Origin: Eledone cirrhosa
Taxonomy: Eukaryota
Direction: 5' to 3'
Assembly (NCBI GenBank): GCA_964016885.1
Contig: OZ024747.1
Coordinates: 45,942,001 to 46,006,000 of the forward strand
Length of the DNA stretch: 64,000 nt
Shown here: in pieces, positions 1 through 15,475 of the stretch
Layout of the letters: each line of letters starts with the position of its first letter
Position numbering within the stretch: position 1 is the stretch's first letter
The notes under the pieces: generated by a model
Databases searched by the model: none
Seen by the model: the letters and a program-made list of their open reading frames with translations, nothing else
What the model was told of the DNA's origin: nothing
Translations under genes and position numbers: made by a program

Positions 1-60
1 ACATACATACATACATACATACATACATACATACATACATACATACATACATACATACAT
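1..60. repeat. (ACAT)n microsatellite
   Basis: Perfect ACAT tandem run. Confidence 0.95.
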
Positions 61-154
61 GTGCGTGTGTATACATAAGTCGGTATTAGAAATCCAATAC
101 GAAAGAAAAATACAATAACAGTATTAGTTTAAAGGATGATAGAACAGGGAAAAT

Positions 155-190
155 GTCTTAACATTTCGGACGATTGTCCTTTATTGGAAA
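155..190 (-). ncRNA. Degenerate hammerhead-like motif
   Basis: Minus strand CCAATAA-A-GGAC aatc GTCC-GAAA-TGTTA-AGAC. Same layout as the motifs at 2228 and 12271, but the core is mutated. Confidence 0.4.
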
Positions 191-704
191 AGAGCAAAAT
201 AGAGAAAAGTGGATATACGAGACAGAGAAAAAAAAGGGAAATTGATGAGAATTTTAAAAGATAAACGGAGAAAAGGGAATAGAGGGGACACCTATGTTGC
301 TGATAATCAACCGTCTTTAGAAAAGGAAGTCAGAAAAGGTATTTAAAGGAAGACTGAAACGTTAAATAGTTGATAAAAAGAGAAATGTATTTAGTATTGT
401 TGAAATAAATATACATGTGTGTAAGTGTGTGTGCGCTTATTTGTGAGAGTCGAAAAAACGTTTTCGTACGTTGGAGTGTAGCATTTTTCGAGCAATTATT
501 GTGTGGTGTTATTTTTTTAATGTGTGTTTGTGTGTGTTTGTGTGTGACATAGTTCCTGTGAGTGAGGGTCAGAGTCCAACGAAGTATTACGGACTTGTTA
601 TGGATGGTTGTGGCCGAAGCGACGCGGTTCGGATGACATAGAATTATGAAAATCAAATCATCTGGCGTGCGGCTACGAGTGGGACTGTAAAAGGGAGGAA
701 TTAA

Positions 705-1612
705 TGAAGAGATGTAGATATATGGATGGACATACATATATGACGAGATGTAAATATATGGATGGACATACATACATGGATGGACATACATATAGGACGA
801 GATATAGATATATGGATGGAGATACATATATGAAGAGATTTAGATATATGTAAGGACATACATATATGGATGGACATACATATATGCTAAGATATAGATA
901 TATGGATGGACATACATATATGAAGAGATGTAGATATATGGATGGACATACATATATGACGAGATCTAGATATATGGAAGGACATACACAGATGATGAGA
1001 TGTAGATATATGAAGGGACATACATATATGAAGAGATATAGATATATGGATGGACATACATATATGAAGAGATATAGATATATGGATGGACATACATATA
1101 TGAAGAGATGTAGATATATGGATGGACATACATATATGACGAGATCTAGATATATGGAAGGACATACATAGATGATGAGAAGTAGATTTATGAAGGGACA
1201 TACATATATGAAGAGATATAGATATATGGATGGACATACATATATGAAGAGATATAGATATATGGATGGACATACATATATGACGTGATGTAGATATATC
1301 GATGGACATACATATATGACGATATATAGATATATGGAAGGACATACATATATGACGAGATGTAGATATATGGAAGGACATACATATATGAAGAGATGTA
1401 GATATATGAAGGGAGATACATATATGAAGAGATGTAGATATATGGAGGGACATACATATATGATGAGATATAGATATATGGAAGGACATACATATATTAA
1501 GAGATATAGATATATGGATGGACATACATATATGACGAGATATAGATATATGGATGGACATACATATATGAAGAGATATAGATATATGAAGGGACATACA
1601 TATATGTATGAA
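705..1612. repeat. 36-bp minisatellite (~25 copies)
   Basis: Unit GAAGAGATRTAGATATATGGATGGACATACATATAT, which gives the 12-aa periodic ORFs. The variant GAGATCTAGA recurs at 961 and 1141 (180 bp, 5 units apart). Confidence 0.95.
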
Positions 1613-2007
1613 GTAAATTAGCAGGCATTTTAGTATACCTGTAGTTAATTGTTTTGTCTCTCCACGCTCTGAAGTTAATTCATTCTTTTATCTTTTTATG
1701 GCTGTTTATATAGTATCAGTTCATGGCGGTGAATTATCGGAATTTTAGACGTCGGTTTTTTGTTCCGGCATTTGTAGTTTTTTCCAAATTGAAGGATGAG
1801 TATTTAAACTTTATTTTATTCAGAGTTAAGGCTCTATTGATTTTTCTCTGGATTTCTGTGGATAAATCAATGTCTTGATTTTTTTTTAATTGAGTTTGTA
1901 TTATTTTCCCACATCTTACGTTAATTATTTTTCCATTTTGACGTTATAGTCACTTATATATTATGAAATACTGTTGGCTTCACGCTCGCAATAATTTCTA
2001 TACTTTC

Positions 2008-2068
<61 letters not shown>

Positions 2069-2227
2069 AGGAGGTTATAGTTCACTTGAAGCATTGTGTA
2101 ATGAGGTATAAACGATTGTATATGTATAATAAAGCTAAACTAATGCAGGTATGGCCATAGAATAAAGAATGCAAATGCAAAAGATATTGTTGACAATTAG
2201 TCTTTTACCTTAGATTTTTTTAAATGT

Positions 2228-2262
2228 CCTTAATTTTCGAGATAATATCTCTTCTTCGGAGG
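2228..2262 (-). ncRNA. Minimal hammerhead-like motif (U4C plus extra A) in Penelope 3' UTR
   Basis: CCT-CCGAAGA-A-GAGAT att ATCTC-GAAA-AT-TA-AGG. Perfect 5-bp stem II, AATT palindrome, 3-bp stem I. Confidence 0.6.
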
Positions 2263-3176
2263 GAAGTAAGGCGGTTAAACCAGAGTTCTAAATAGCTTGC
2301 CAAGTCATGCTGACAGGAAATGGTAATGAGTATCTGTTCTATCTCTAATGTCAAAGAGTTAAGGTTAGGTGGATAAAGAGTAGTCTCCCTTTAAAAGGGT
2401 TTTTTTTTGTACATGCCTGTTTAAGTGTGTGGGAGAATGCATGAAGGTGTAAGTATGTGAGTGTGTGTGTGTGTGCGTGCGTATGTGTGTGCGTGTATGT
2501 GGGGGGTTGTAAATATGGGGCTAGAAGCTCTATCAAGTTATAAATTGGGTGTTGAGTTCTAGTCTATTATTGATTGATGGTTGTGTTTTGTCTATAATTA
2601 GTGCTTCCTTAATTCTAAGATTGCCGAGGTTTCTTTCCTTAGTTTCTATCCTAACTGTTATGGTTTTGTCGGTGTTTTTGCATTTGACTAGGTGTTTCTT
2701 AAATGGGGAAGCGTTAGTATTGAGGTGTTCTTTTATTCTTATGTGGAGTGGTCTGGTGGTGCTACCTACGTAGAAGTTGCTGCATTTGTCACACTCTAGT
2801 CTGTATACGACGTAAGCCTGGTGGCATAGGTCTGTGTCGTTGATGGGGCAGTTGGCTAGCCTGCAGCAGTTGTCATGTCTGGTGTAGTGTCTTTTGGTTA
2901 GCTGTCCGCGTAGAGAAGGACCTGAGTGGGCCAGTTGGATATCTAGTCCCTCTCGTCTGATAGCTCTGCGGATAGCTGTTGTTGTTTCGTCACTGAAGTG
3001 TGGGAGCTTCAGGAAGGATGTGTTAGTACCTCGGGTGTGGTGTCCTCTGTTTTTTCTGGCACGGTTTGTGGTGGATGTCGTGTATCCGTTCAGTTTGAGT
3101 ACTTCCAGGAAATGTGTGGTGTGTGTGTCTCGGTCTCTAGCGTCGGTGCATTTGTTCCGGATATGTGTAGTTCGTT

Positions 3177-3180
<4 letters not shown>
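2228..3180 (-). mobile_element. 5'-truncated Penelope-like retroelement (GIY-YIG endonuclease region plus 3' UTR)
   Basis: Minus translation ...CRLANCPINDTDLCHQAYVVYRLECDKCSNFYVGSTTRPLHIRIKEH...NLRIKEALIIDKTQPSINNRLEL: VVY...YVG, R..EH, E and N motifs of the PLE GIY-YIG. Flanked by (TA)n at the 5' end. Confidence 0.85.
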
Positions 3181-3217
<37 letters not shown>

Positions 3218-3508
3218 AACTTTTATATATGGGGTTGCATGTGTGCGTATGTGTGTGTGCGTGTGTGCGTGTGTGTGGATGTGTGTGGAGATCCTGAGTG
3301 AGATCGGGGGTAATCACAGAAAATGAGGTACTCAATACATAAGTAGAGTGAGAACAACAACATTTAATATAGAAAAGGTTTTACGGGACTAGGACTGTTT
3401 CGTTCTTATGAATGTTTATATATGTTTTCATATACACCACACACACATACACACTGTCTCTATCTCTCTCCCTCCTCTCCCTCTCTCTCTCTATATATAT
3501 ATATGTGT

Positions 3509-3555
<47 letters not shown>

Positions 3556-3734
3556 TGTGTATAGTAGATAATGAATGGTGCCGATGATTATTGGGTGGCG
3601 GATTTGTAGTGTCACTAGAATGACCAGTAGAATTCTTTGCAACAGATGACTTGCCTGTTTGTGTATATATACATACATTCGTAAAACATATACATATATA
3701 TATATAATTATATGTTTACGTATGTGTGTGAGTG

Positions 3735-3782
<48 letters not shown>

Positions 3783-4059
3783 TATGGTGAGGATTGTAAT
3801 GGAAAATCTAGCCAAGCAATGAAAGAAAGAGTGCACATATGTTTACCAATCATCTGTTTAATAAACGTGTTCATCTTTTCTTTTCGCTTAATGAGGCCTT
3901 TTTCTGCCAAACAGGATCAGGGTGTGTGTTGCTAAAATATTAATATTTCATGAACCTCAAAATATGATAAATTATATAAAGAAATATCTACATATATATT
4001 CACAACTATATACAGATTTATATATATCTAATATATATCCATACATACGTACTTACATA

Positions 4060-4380
4060 CATGCAAACAGCAGATACATTGATACATACTTACTTACATA
4101 CACACATACACACATACATACATACGTACTTACATACATCCAAACAGCAGATACATTGATACATACTTACATACATACACACATACACACATACACACAT
4201 ACATACATACATACATACATACATACATACATACATACATACATACATACATACATACATACATACATACATACATACATACATACATTCATACATACAC
4301 ACACACATATATACATAAATACATACATACATAAATACATACATATATACATAAATACATACATACATACATGCATGCAC
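4060..4380. repeat. (ACAT)n-rich low-complexity tract
   Basis: ACAT/AC repeats. Confidence 0.9.
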
Positions 4381-4684
4381 AAGTATATTCTGACACACAA
4401 ATGCTTACATATTTATAATTGTATGTGCGTATATTTCAATGAATATTTCATTGAATAAATAAATATTCTCTACCTGAAAAATCAAGGTTTAAGGAAGATG
4501 AGTATCAAATGTTGTCAAAATGCAAATCAAGTAAAAGTTTTATATCATATTTTAATATATTCGATATCATCTCTATTTAGCATAATTGTAAATTGTTAAT
4601 TTTTTAATGTAATTTAATATATCATCCTATTTATCTAACTATCTATCTACCTACCTATATACCCTCCCCCTTCTCTCTATGTAT

Positions 4685-5935
<1,251 letters not shown>

Positions 5936-6008
5936 ATATGTATATGTATATATATATGTGTGTGTGTGTAAATAAATAAATATACATACGTATATATATA
6001 TATATGTG

Positions 6009-6048
<40 letters not shown>

Positions 6049-6690
6049 CGTGTATGTGTGTGTGTGTGTGCGTGTAAATAAATAAATATACATACGTATA
6101 TATATATATATGTATATCTTTGTGTCTTTACTCTTTCTAGCAATCTCTCTCTGTTAGCCTCTTCCTCACCTTTCACTCACTCTCTGTCACTACCTCTCCT
6201 CCTCCCCTTTCTTCCCGTTTGACCTGTCCACAATCCTTTTCTCGCGGGCACTTGGCCAAGCCGGTATGAATTTTTTTTCTCTCTCTCTCTCGCCTGCGAC
6301 TTCACAGAACTTATGTTTACCGAATTCGCAGACCAGACCCCTTCTTCCTCCCGTTAGACCTGTGCGAAATTCCTTCCTTGCTCACATTTCAACCAGGTTT
6401 GATGGTCTTTATTCTCTCATTCACGATTCCACCGAATTTATATTCATAGAAATCTGGGACTTGTTTCCTTCTTCCTCTCTTTCTGCTGCTTAAACCATTT
6501 TGTTTGTTTACCCTAGCGTCCCCTTTATTTACGTGTCCCAACGACTTTTTTTAGCCGTTGCTCGCACCAACCTGAGGTATATGGCCTTTAATGCGACGAA
6601 ATGCCTACGACGGTTGGATGGCCACTGATGAGGACAAACTTTTTCATATGTAACCCATTTGCAGCGCCGCAGCTCCATTATTATCATATT

Positions 6691-6731
<41 letters not shown>

Positions 6732-6829
6732 AGATCAAAAGATGGTTAAAGGAGTTCCATATATTTTATTATGCGCATTTCAAAAACATATCTGCATTGC
6801 TTTATTGTACTACAATAAAACTCACCTCC

Positions 6830-6863
<34 letters not shown>

Positions 6864-6870
6864 TTCTTGA

Positions 6871-6995
<125 letters not shown>

Positions 6996-7391
6996 AGAAG
7001 ACAGCGGGGGGTATCAGCAGCAGAGGTGGTAATAACATAGTAGGGACAAAAATATATAGATAGGTAGATAAAATATAAAGAGTTACCTTCCCTGCCACTG
7101 GTATGCGTTCAATTTAGGAAGCCAACATGGCTCAAATTATGTATGTAAACATTAATTGAAAAGGATGGAAGCGATGAGTTTATATGACTTTTCTTAAAAC
7201 TGTAGGAATCTCATATATAGAAGACTGTGCGGTTGAGTCGTTAGAACGTCGGATGGATTGCTTTGCGGTATTTGTTTTGGCGCTCTGTTCTCTGATTTCA
7301 AATGTTGCCGAGGTCGATAAAAACAGCATATCAGTCAAGTATCGGATCGATTCTTCCGTTATGTATCTTTCTCACTTATATATATATATAA

Positions 7392-7580
7392 TAATTGTTT
7401 CTACTTTTGGCACAAGGCCAGCAATTATCCAGTGTACTACTGGTACTTTATTTTATCGACCCCGTAAGGATGAAAGGCAAAGTTAACTTCGGCGGGACTT
7501 GAACTCAGATCATAAATGGACGTAACTCTATGCGTCAAAGCATGGCGTCCGACCCTCTACCGATACTGCCAATCCACCGC
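7392..7580 (-). mobile_element. tRNA-derived SINE (octopus-type, Nin/Deu-like core)
   Basis: Head GCGGTGGATTGGCAGTATCGG (A box), GAGTTCAA (B box), core TTTGCCTTTCATCCTTACGGGGTCGATAAA...GTACCAG, AAT tail. Confidence 0.9.
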
Positions 7581-7589
7581 AATAATAAT

Positions 7590-7808
7590 AATGGTTTCTT
7601 ATATAGGCACAAGGCCAGCAAATGGGGGGGGGGGCGGATTCGATTAAATCGACTCTAGTGCGTGACTGGTACTTTATTTTATCGACCCGTAAGGATGAAA
7701 GGCAAAGTTAACCTCGGCGGGACTTGAATTCAGATCCTAAAGGGGCGTAACTCTATGCTACAAAGCTTGGTGTCCGACGCTCTACCGATTCTGTCAATCC
7801 ACCGCCCT
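7590..7808 (-). mobile_element. tRNA-derived SINE, longer subfamily
   Basis: Same head and core, with an extra GTCGATTTAATCGA segment. Confidence 0.85.
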
Positions 7809-7822
7809 AAAATAATAATGAC

Positions 7823-7863
<41 letters not shown>

Positions 7864-8865
7864 GGATGAAGTATTAAATTTTTCATTACGTTTATGCTTA
7901 ATACAAAATCAATATGCCTACTGGAAACTACGCATCGAGGCCTTACTCTAGTGAACTTACAGTAACTGGACGTTACAATCCCTATATATATATATATAAA
8001 TTCTATTGACAGATAAATTGCATAAGTTTATTTTAAAAACTACCCGGTTGAGTGCTTAATCGATTTGTGCTATTTATGCAATTTTTTGCATGATACACAC
8101 ATACTGAATTCATTTGCCAAAATCAGGGGGTTTTCTCCTCGTGAATTACACATGTGCTTTTACAAAGCTCTACGTGATTCACAAAGTTGGTGCAGAGCAA
8201 AATACCTGTTGATAACGTGATATTCCTTGGTCGATCATTTTACCAAAAGCTTATAGTTTTAAGCAGACAGTATTATTGATTTAGGTGTCATAGAAACCCT
8301 GCATTTGGATTTTACCATCAATTCCAATGGGTCCAGGTCTGTTTTTATCATTTATTTTGTTTGACCTGTTTAGCTTGATTTGTTTTTTGGCTTAGGTGGT
8401 TAATGCCTTCTTTTTCAGTTTGTATGGCGCTTTAACATATTATTTAGCCCTGGTTTTTTAACTATGGAGCATAACTCTGGAGCATAACTCTGATTTTGCG
8501 GTTCGTTTCGCTTTTTCTACTCGCCGAAATGCGATTCTCGCTGAATTTATATATATATATATATATATTATTATTATTATTATTACAAATCATGTCCTTA
8601 GAATTATTAGATAAAATATATACCATTTCCTCGCCCAATTATCATAATTCACCATATAAAAAATCAATTATACCAGGCTATAAGAATAAAGGCTCCTATG
8701 AAGAATATTTGATAAATAACCGAAAGCGGCTTCTTCGCGGTTGACTACAATAGGGTATTTACCCAACATTTCAACAGCATGTAGAAACTGATTAAATATA
8801 CCGTCAACCATACACAATTAGGTGTAAATTTAAAGTTAGAAGAAACGTGTACATACCGTAATTAC

Positions 8866-8945
8866 ATCTCTACCATTGTTTCGTTCGTATTTTGAGATAT
8901 CCTATTATTAAGTATGAATCTAGAGTAACGAACTCATCAGGATAC
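8866..8945 (-). ncRNA. Type I hammerhead ribozyme
   Basis: GTATC-CTGATGA-GTTCGT...ACGAAC-GAAAC-AATG-GTA-GAGAT. Confidence 0.75.
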
Positions 8946-9527
8946 AAACTCAATAGGACAGTTAATTTTCCAAAGCGATCGCGCCAGAAATAGATTCAAA
9001 CAATGGTTAAGAATCGTAACGTGGCAGTGGTCAAGTTAGAAAGAATGTGATTAGTTGCTTACGGCGAGTAGGCTGGTTGCTAGAAAGCGCAGCTCAATAT
9101 CGCCTAATTGCATCTCAACCCAACGGCAGACTATTAAATATAAAGATTTACATATACATAAAGTCACAGATATATATGTGGCAACCGGTCACGATGTGGC
9201 TCAATGAAGAATTAATAAATTAAATAATCAAAGCAATATATTATTATAAATCATGTCCTTAGAATTATTAGATAAAATACATACCATTTCCTCGCCCAAT
9301 TAGCATAATTAACCATATAAAAAATCAATTAGACCAGGCTATAAGAATAAAGGCTCCTATGAAGAAATATTTGATAAATAACCGAAAGCAGCCTCTTCGC
9401 GGTTGACCCCAATAGGGTATTTACCCAACATTTCAACAGCATGTAGAAACTGATTAAATATACCGTCAACCATACACAATTAGGTATAAATTTAAAGTTA
9501 GAAGAAACGTGTACATACCGTAATTAC

Positions 9528-9607
9528 ATCTCTACCATGGTTTCGTTCGTATTTTGAGATATCCTATTATTAAGGATGAATTTAGAGTAACGAACTTATC
9601 AGGAGAC
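9528..9607 (-). ncRNA. Type I hammerhead ribozyme (G8A copy)
   Basis: GTCTC-CTGATAA-GTTCGT...ACGAAC-GAAAC-CATG-GTA-GAGAT, with palindromic ACCATGGT. Confidence 0.7.
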
Positions 9608-9933
9608 AAACTCAATAGGACAGTTAATTTTCCAAAGCGACCGTGCCAGAAATAGATTTTAAAAATGGCTAAGAATCGTGACGTGGCAGTGGTCAAGTTA
9701 GAAAGAATGTAATATCGACACAGATACTTTTCGTAATAAAAACAAACAAAAATCATCTAGATAAAAGTCAAGCATTAAATTTTAGATATATTTTAGATAT
9801 ATTTTATCTAATAATTCTAAGGACATGATTTATAATAATATATTGCTCTGATTATTTAATTTATTAATTCTTCATTGAGCCACAACGTGACCGGTTGCCA
9901 CATATATATCTGTGACATTATGTATATGTAAAT

Positions 9934-9964
<31 letters not shown>

Positions 9965-9967
<3 letters not shown>

Positions 9968-10089
9968 GCGGAAATGTGGTAAGGAACCAGGTGGACCATA
10001 ACGCACTAAAGTACTCAATACTTAGGGTAGTAGAGTGGGTAATAGAGTGGGTAATAGGAACGAGTAGGACCCATGGGGTCCTACTCGTT

Positions 10090-10093
<4 letters not shown>
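9965..10093. mobile_element. Short (TA)n-embedded element with terminal hairpin
   Basis: GTGGTAAGGAACCAG...GTACTCAATACTTAGGGTAGTAGAGTGGGTAATAGG is shared with 23428 and 46495 (reverse). 19-bp perfect inverted repeat with an ATG loop. Confidence 0.7.
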
Positions 10094-10156
<63 letters not shown>

Positions 10157-10829
10157 ATTGCAGACTTGGCCGTATGTTTAAGATCACTGCACGAACAGGT
10201 GGTCTGGGGTTCTGTCCCGCTGTGAGGTTTCTACTATATACTTAGAATGGCTCTGCCTTGTGAGTGGAATTTGGTCGACGAAAACTGCTGAGGTTCGCCA
10301 TATATATATAATTGTTTGAGTGTGTGTTTGTGTTTCCGCAAATTTCCCATCGACAGAGATACTTTTCGTAGTAAAAACAAACAAAAACCACCTAGATAAA
10401 AGTCAAGCATAAAATTTCAAAATAATCATCAAAGCCTTCAATGGTACATGAGACACTTGAGAATCAAAATGACAATTCTCATCAATAAGAGTAGATATGA
10501 GTTACATGAAGAAGAATGACTATTCTAACTATAGCCGTCTGCACGTTTCACCATTGCTTTAAAATCACATATCTTCGCAGTGGATCATGTCGTGCCAGTA
10601 CCATTACACTTAATGTCTTCTTTTGTAAATTAATGTTTTTGTTCGTCTTTCTTTACTCCTTTATTTCTAGCCTGCAATGTACGTGGTTTCCAAAAACAAA
10701 TTTAACCAACTAAAACATATAATCTCTGCTGCTTAAGCACAATAGACATATATGGAATACTCTTTAAAACTTGGCCATCTTTGTCTTTCAACCAAAACAA
10801 TTTATATACAATATATATATATGTACGCG

Positions 10830-10893
<64 letters not shown>

Positions 10894-12270
10894 CATATAT
10901 ATATATGTGTGTGTGTGTGTATGTTTTTATGTGTGGGTATGCATGCATGTATTTATGTTTCGTTTCTTTATTTATTGACCCTTTCAATAAATAAAGAAAC
11001 GAAACATAAATACATGCATGCATATCCACACATACAAACATACATAACCATGTTCTCCATTTCTAATATCCAAACATCAGCAGTGCAATATATTATCTTC
11101 TCTAGATTAAATAGAAAACTTGTCTGGCCTTTCTAAGCTGGATCAATGTCTCAGCTTGTTATCAAGCAGTGATTTGCATATATCGTCAGCGTATGTATAC
11201 GTGTGTCAGGAGGGAATATGTGTAAAATCGTTAGATAATCATCCTCTTTTTCTTTAGTTATTATAGCAAGCCATAATAGTAATAACAGTATTAATAAGTA
11301 TATCAACATTTCTTTAATCCCCATAAGGTTCGGAATGATACTATACAATACAGGCTATACAATACTCTATCAAACACCATATAAATATTTTTTTTATTTC
11401 CTTCAGTTATTGAACCGTAGACATGCTTGGCCATCACTATGGATGGTTAAGAGGTTTACACCGAAATAAAGTGTTTGGGATTCGATCTTAAACGGTGGCA
11501 TATTGTAAAAGTACCTTATATCAGAGTTTCTGTTTGACTATAACATCGTGAGTGAAATTTGGTAGACAGATAATGTGGGAATTTGGCCATTTATTTTTGT
11601 GTGTGATAAATGATATCCGTCCCTTGGTTTAACTCCACCATCAAGTCCATGGATGCCATTATTTGAGTCGATACTAATTCAACAGCATCACTTTGTCTAT
11701 AGCTGCCTTTAGCAAGGTTTTCTCTTTTGGAAGAATTCAAGTTAGATCTCTAATCAGCATATGCCCTCCTTCCTTCGTTTCACTATTTTCAGAAGCGATG
11801 GAAATGGACCAGAAGTACAATTCAGCTCATCTGTTTAGCCGATTATAATTTTCTACACAAAGGAAAACAGTTACTCCTGAAGTATCGGGGCATCCAAGTA
11901 ATCCAAATTTTGTATATACAAGCTATGGAAGGAAGATTTACGTGGTCGCCCGGCTTGTGATAACATTTCACTCAGAGTATACATCCTCCCTTTAATGAAA
12001 GGATTAAGACATTGGATAATATAGTCGTTGATGTATTTCGTATGAATAAAATCGAAGTTATCATTGCTAGAACACAATTCTTCGAATTTGGCTTTCCTTC
12101 TGTTACCTAACCATTCTATAAAGGGATATATCGAAAAAATAAATCACAGCAAACAGTTAACCATCTGCAGTGATATGTAAAACAAATCTCTTTCAATAAA
12201 GACATCTGCCGGTCTTTAAAATTAACTTCAAAGCGAATAGACCGGCACATTTCCTTTTGAGAGTTCCCTA

Positions 12271-12310
12271 TACTCCGACGAAGGGAATTTTAAGTCCCGA
12301 AATATAAGGA
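12271..12310 (+). ncRNA. Minimal hammerhead-like motif (U4C plus extra A)
   Basis: TACT-CCGACGA-A-GGGA attttaag TCCC-GAAA-TA-TA-AGGA. Stem I is weak. Confidence 0.55.
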
Positions 12311-13538
12311 CGAACATAAAAGAACAAAGTTTACAAGGTAACTATCTTTTTGTTGCCTTCATCTCACCGTCCAATTTGCATTGTTTTTGTCTTCTTACAT
12401 ATATCACTTTCCACATTAGAATTACATGTTCTTAAAGTAAGAAGAGCGAGATATATATTTCTAGATCAGCATTTTCTAAAATGAAGATGCTATGATGGAC
12501 ATAAATAAAATACGTATCGAATGCTCAATTTTATGTATGTTTCTCATTTCTAGATTTAGTTAAACAGTCCTTAATTCTGTATATACAATAGAAATATACT
12601 GGCAACATCACCGATATCACTATCAATAATAACAATTGCAACAGCAGCAGCAGTAGAAACAACAACATCAAGCATTGCGATAATTCATATTATATCCACA
12701 CCAGGTTTGATCTAAACAAAAAACCGTTAAGTGCATTTTGGCTCATATTTCATAAAATGCACAAGATAGTAAATAACTTTGAAAATGCTATCTGATATGA
12801 CACATGATGATAACATAGTAGTGAATACGGGAACAACAATTTTTAGAACATTCTTTTCAGTATGAATGAAATGCATTACCCTCAATACATTCGAAGAGTA
12901 AAATAACGTAAATTATTATTATGACCTTTATACATCCATATCTCTTTGTTGGATACACCATTTACAAGGTAATATTTTATTTATTTTTTCATGAATTTGT
13001 TAGTTTTATGTTTGTGTTTATATATTTTCGTTTCTTCTGTAGATGTCTAATAAAGCTTCGAGCCCTCCAGACACCATTCCTGTCTTAATGGACTCTCTGG
13101 TGCATTAGAAATGCCTAGTAAATGTCACCACAGAAAATGTACAGCTCTCTCGATTTATATTTATATGTTTAAATGGCGAGGTTGACATTTTCTCTTAAGT
13201 GAAAATTTCAATTATTTCACCAATTTTCATAGAGTTTCTAGCTTTGCTTGCATTTAATAATGACATGTTTACGCAAAGAAGTTTCCTTAGATGATTTCTC
13301 AACAGCTATGACCACTCTTCAATCTAAAATATAACCGGTGTCCATAGTAAAACACTTGGCAAATATTCTTATCATCGTGTGCCATCTATAACTGATATCT
13401 GCTTAGTGTCGCCTTTGGCAGTGATATTCAGGCTATACATAAGCTAGTATATAAATAATAATATACACATTCATGTCCATATGCAATTTATATATATATA
13501 TACCTTATGTCTATCTATCCATCTCTCTTTCTCTCTCA

Positions 13539-13570
<32 letters not shown>

Positions 13571-13604
13571 TATATAAAAATATCTGTGTGAGTGTATATT
13601 TATA

Positions 13605-13647
<43 letters not shown>

Positions 13648-13744
13648 TGCATATCTATCTATCTATATATATATATTTATATATATATATATATATAGTT
13701 ATATATATATCAACGTGATTATTTATGTTTATACACACACACAC

Positions 13745-13747
<3 letters not shown>

Positions 13748-13841
<94 letters not shown>

Positions 13842-13848
13842 TGTGTGT
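13748..13848. repeat. (GT)n microsatellite
   Basis: About 45 perfect GT units. Confidence 0.95.
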
Positions 13849-14377
13849 AATACATCCGTCCTTAGAGATGGACAACATATCTTCAATTGGTAGCTTGCAG
13901 CGATTGGCAAGCATCATTGTGAAAGTGAACTAGAGCAATAATTTGGAAGACTGAAACTCTAACAATAATTTCTGTGTGCATTCGATATGTTATCTCTACA
14001 CTATTGTTATAATATTTGTGCCAGAACCATAGAAATATATTAAATGATAAATTCTATTGATATAAATCCATAAGACCAACACTGAATTTTTTTTCTCTCT
14101 TATAGACATCGGAATAATAAAGATTCTTCTTCCTATCTTAAGCTGATAGCAATATATGCCAATGTTGATGAAATATATGCATCTATATTTTCTGTTAAAA
14201 AGATTTCGTGGTATAATGAAGATGTTGATAAGAGGCAAAACCATAGAGAAAAAATACGGCATCAGTTTAAGGCGTTATGTGGAAAATATATTAAAAATAA
14301 CCCCTAATTTTCGGTTCTTTTTTCTGTTTGAATACACTCCATTAGAGATTGAAAATGTTTACGGATAGTGTTACATT

Positions 14378-14487
<110 letters not shown>

Positions 14488-14723
14488 CATAATAATAATA
14501 TAATAATAAATTTGAAGACTAAAATCCAAAGAGGGCTCGATAAGGATAAATAAGGGTGAAAGCAGCGATTCTTTGCTTAAACTTTAATCTGTTATTTTAA
14601 TAAATATTTATATATATATATATATATATACAAACTGTAGAGTGCTTCTTATAGAAACTGTAGAGTGCTTCTTATCCGATAACTGCATTGCTTTATTGTA
14701 CTACAATAAAACTCACCTCCTAC

Positions 14724-14918
<195 letters not shown>

Positions 14919-15259
14919 AGGTGGTATTCAACTAAAAATATATAAATATTTCTTGTAGCGAATTATCCCGAACTCCTAATGAAAGCAATAGGAAATATAT
15001 AAAATAAGCTAGAGACATAAGTCTGGACAAATTCGGCATTATATGTGGCATGTTCAGTTATATAAGGGTATAGAAGAATGAATAGGTCAATCATGGTTCA
15101 ATGTAATGTCTACATTTTTCTTTAAATTATAAAGAGATGTATACAAGATACATGAAAGCACATATATAAAAGAAACAACCACATATACGCAGCCTTAGAT
15201 ATACACATAAGAATATCCTATCTGTATGGCATGAATGTATGCATACTAATATATATGTT

Positions 15260-15316
<57 letters not shown>

Positions 15317-15385
15317 TATGAAGAGAGAAGAAACATTTAGATATAATTAGTAATAAAATGTATCATACCTAAACTGCTTCTAAAT

Positions 15386-15475
15386 TCCTCGACTACGTAG
15401 TTTCGTGGCATAAACAAAAACAATATATCATAAAGATATAGAGTCCTTGCGAGGTCTGCCGACTTATCAAGAGGA
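15386..15475 (-). ncRNA. Type I hammerhead ribozyme, U3-A8 variant
   Basis: TCCTC-TTGATAA-GTCGGCA...TGCCAC-GAAAC-TACGTA-GTC-GAGGA. Confidence 0.8.

Larger units (their letters stand above)
8576..9940 (-). mobile_element. ORF-less ~662-bp HHR monomer: 1.7 tandem copies plus inverted fragment (retrozyme/pLTR-like)
   Basis: 8576-9237 is repeated from 9238 to ~9709. 9798-9940 is the reverse complement of ~9137-9280. One HHR per unit, TA flanks. Confidence 0.8.

Noticed and set aside
705-1621. 12-aa repeat ORFs or CRISPR-like periodicity
   Set aside because: A pure 36-bp tandem repeat with no unique spacers.
1620-1960. Possible degraded Penelope RT N-terminal region (minus strand)
   Set aside because: Similarity too weak to support by eye.
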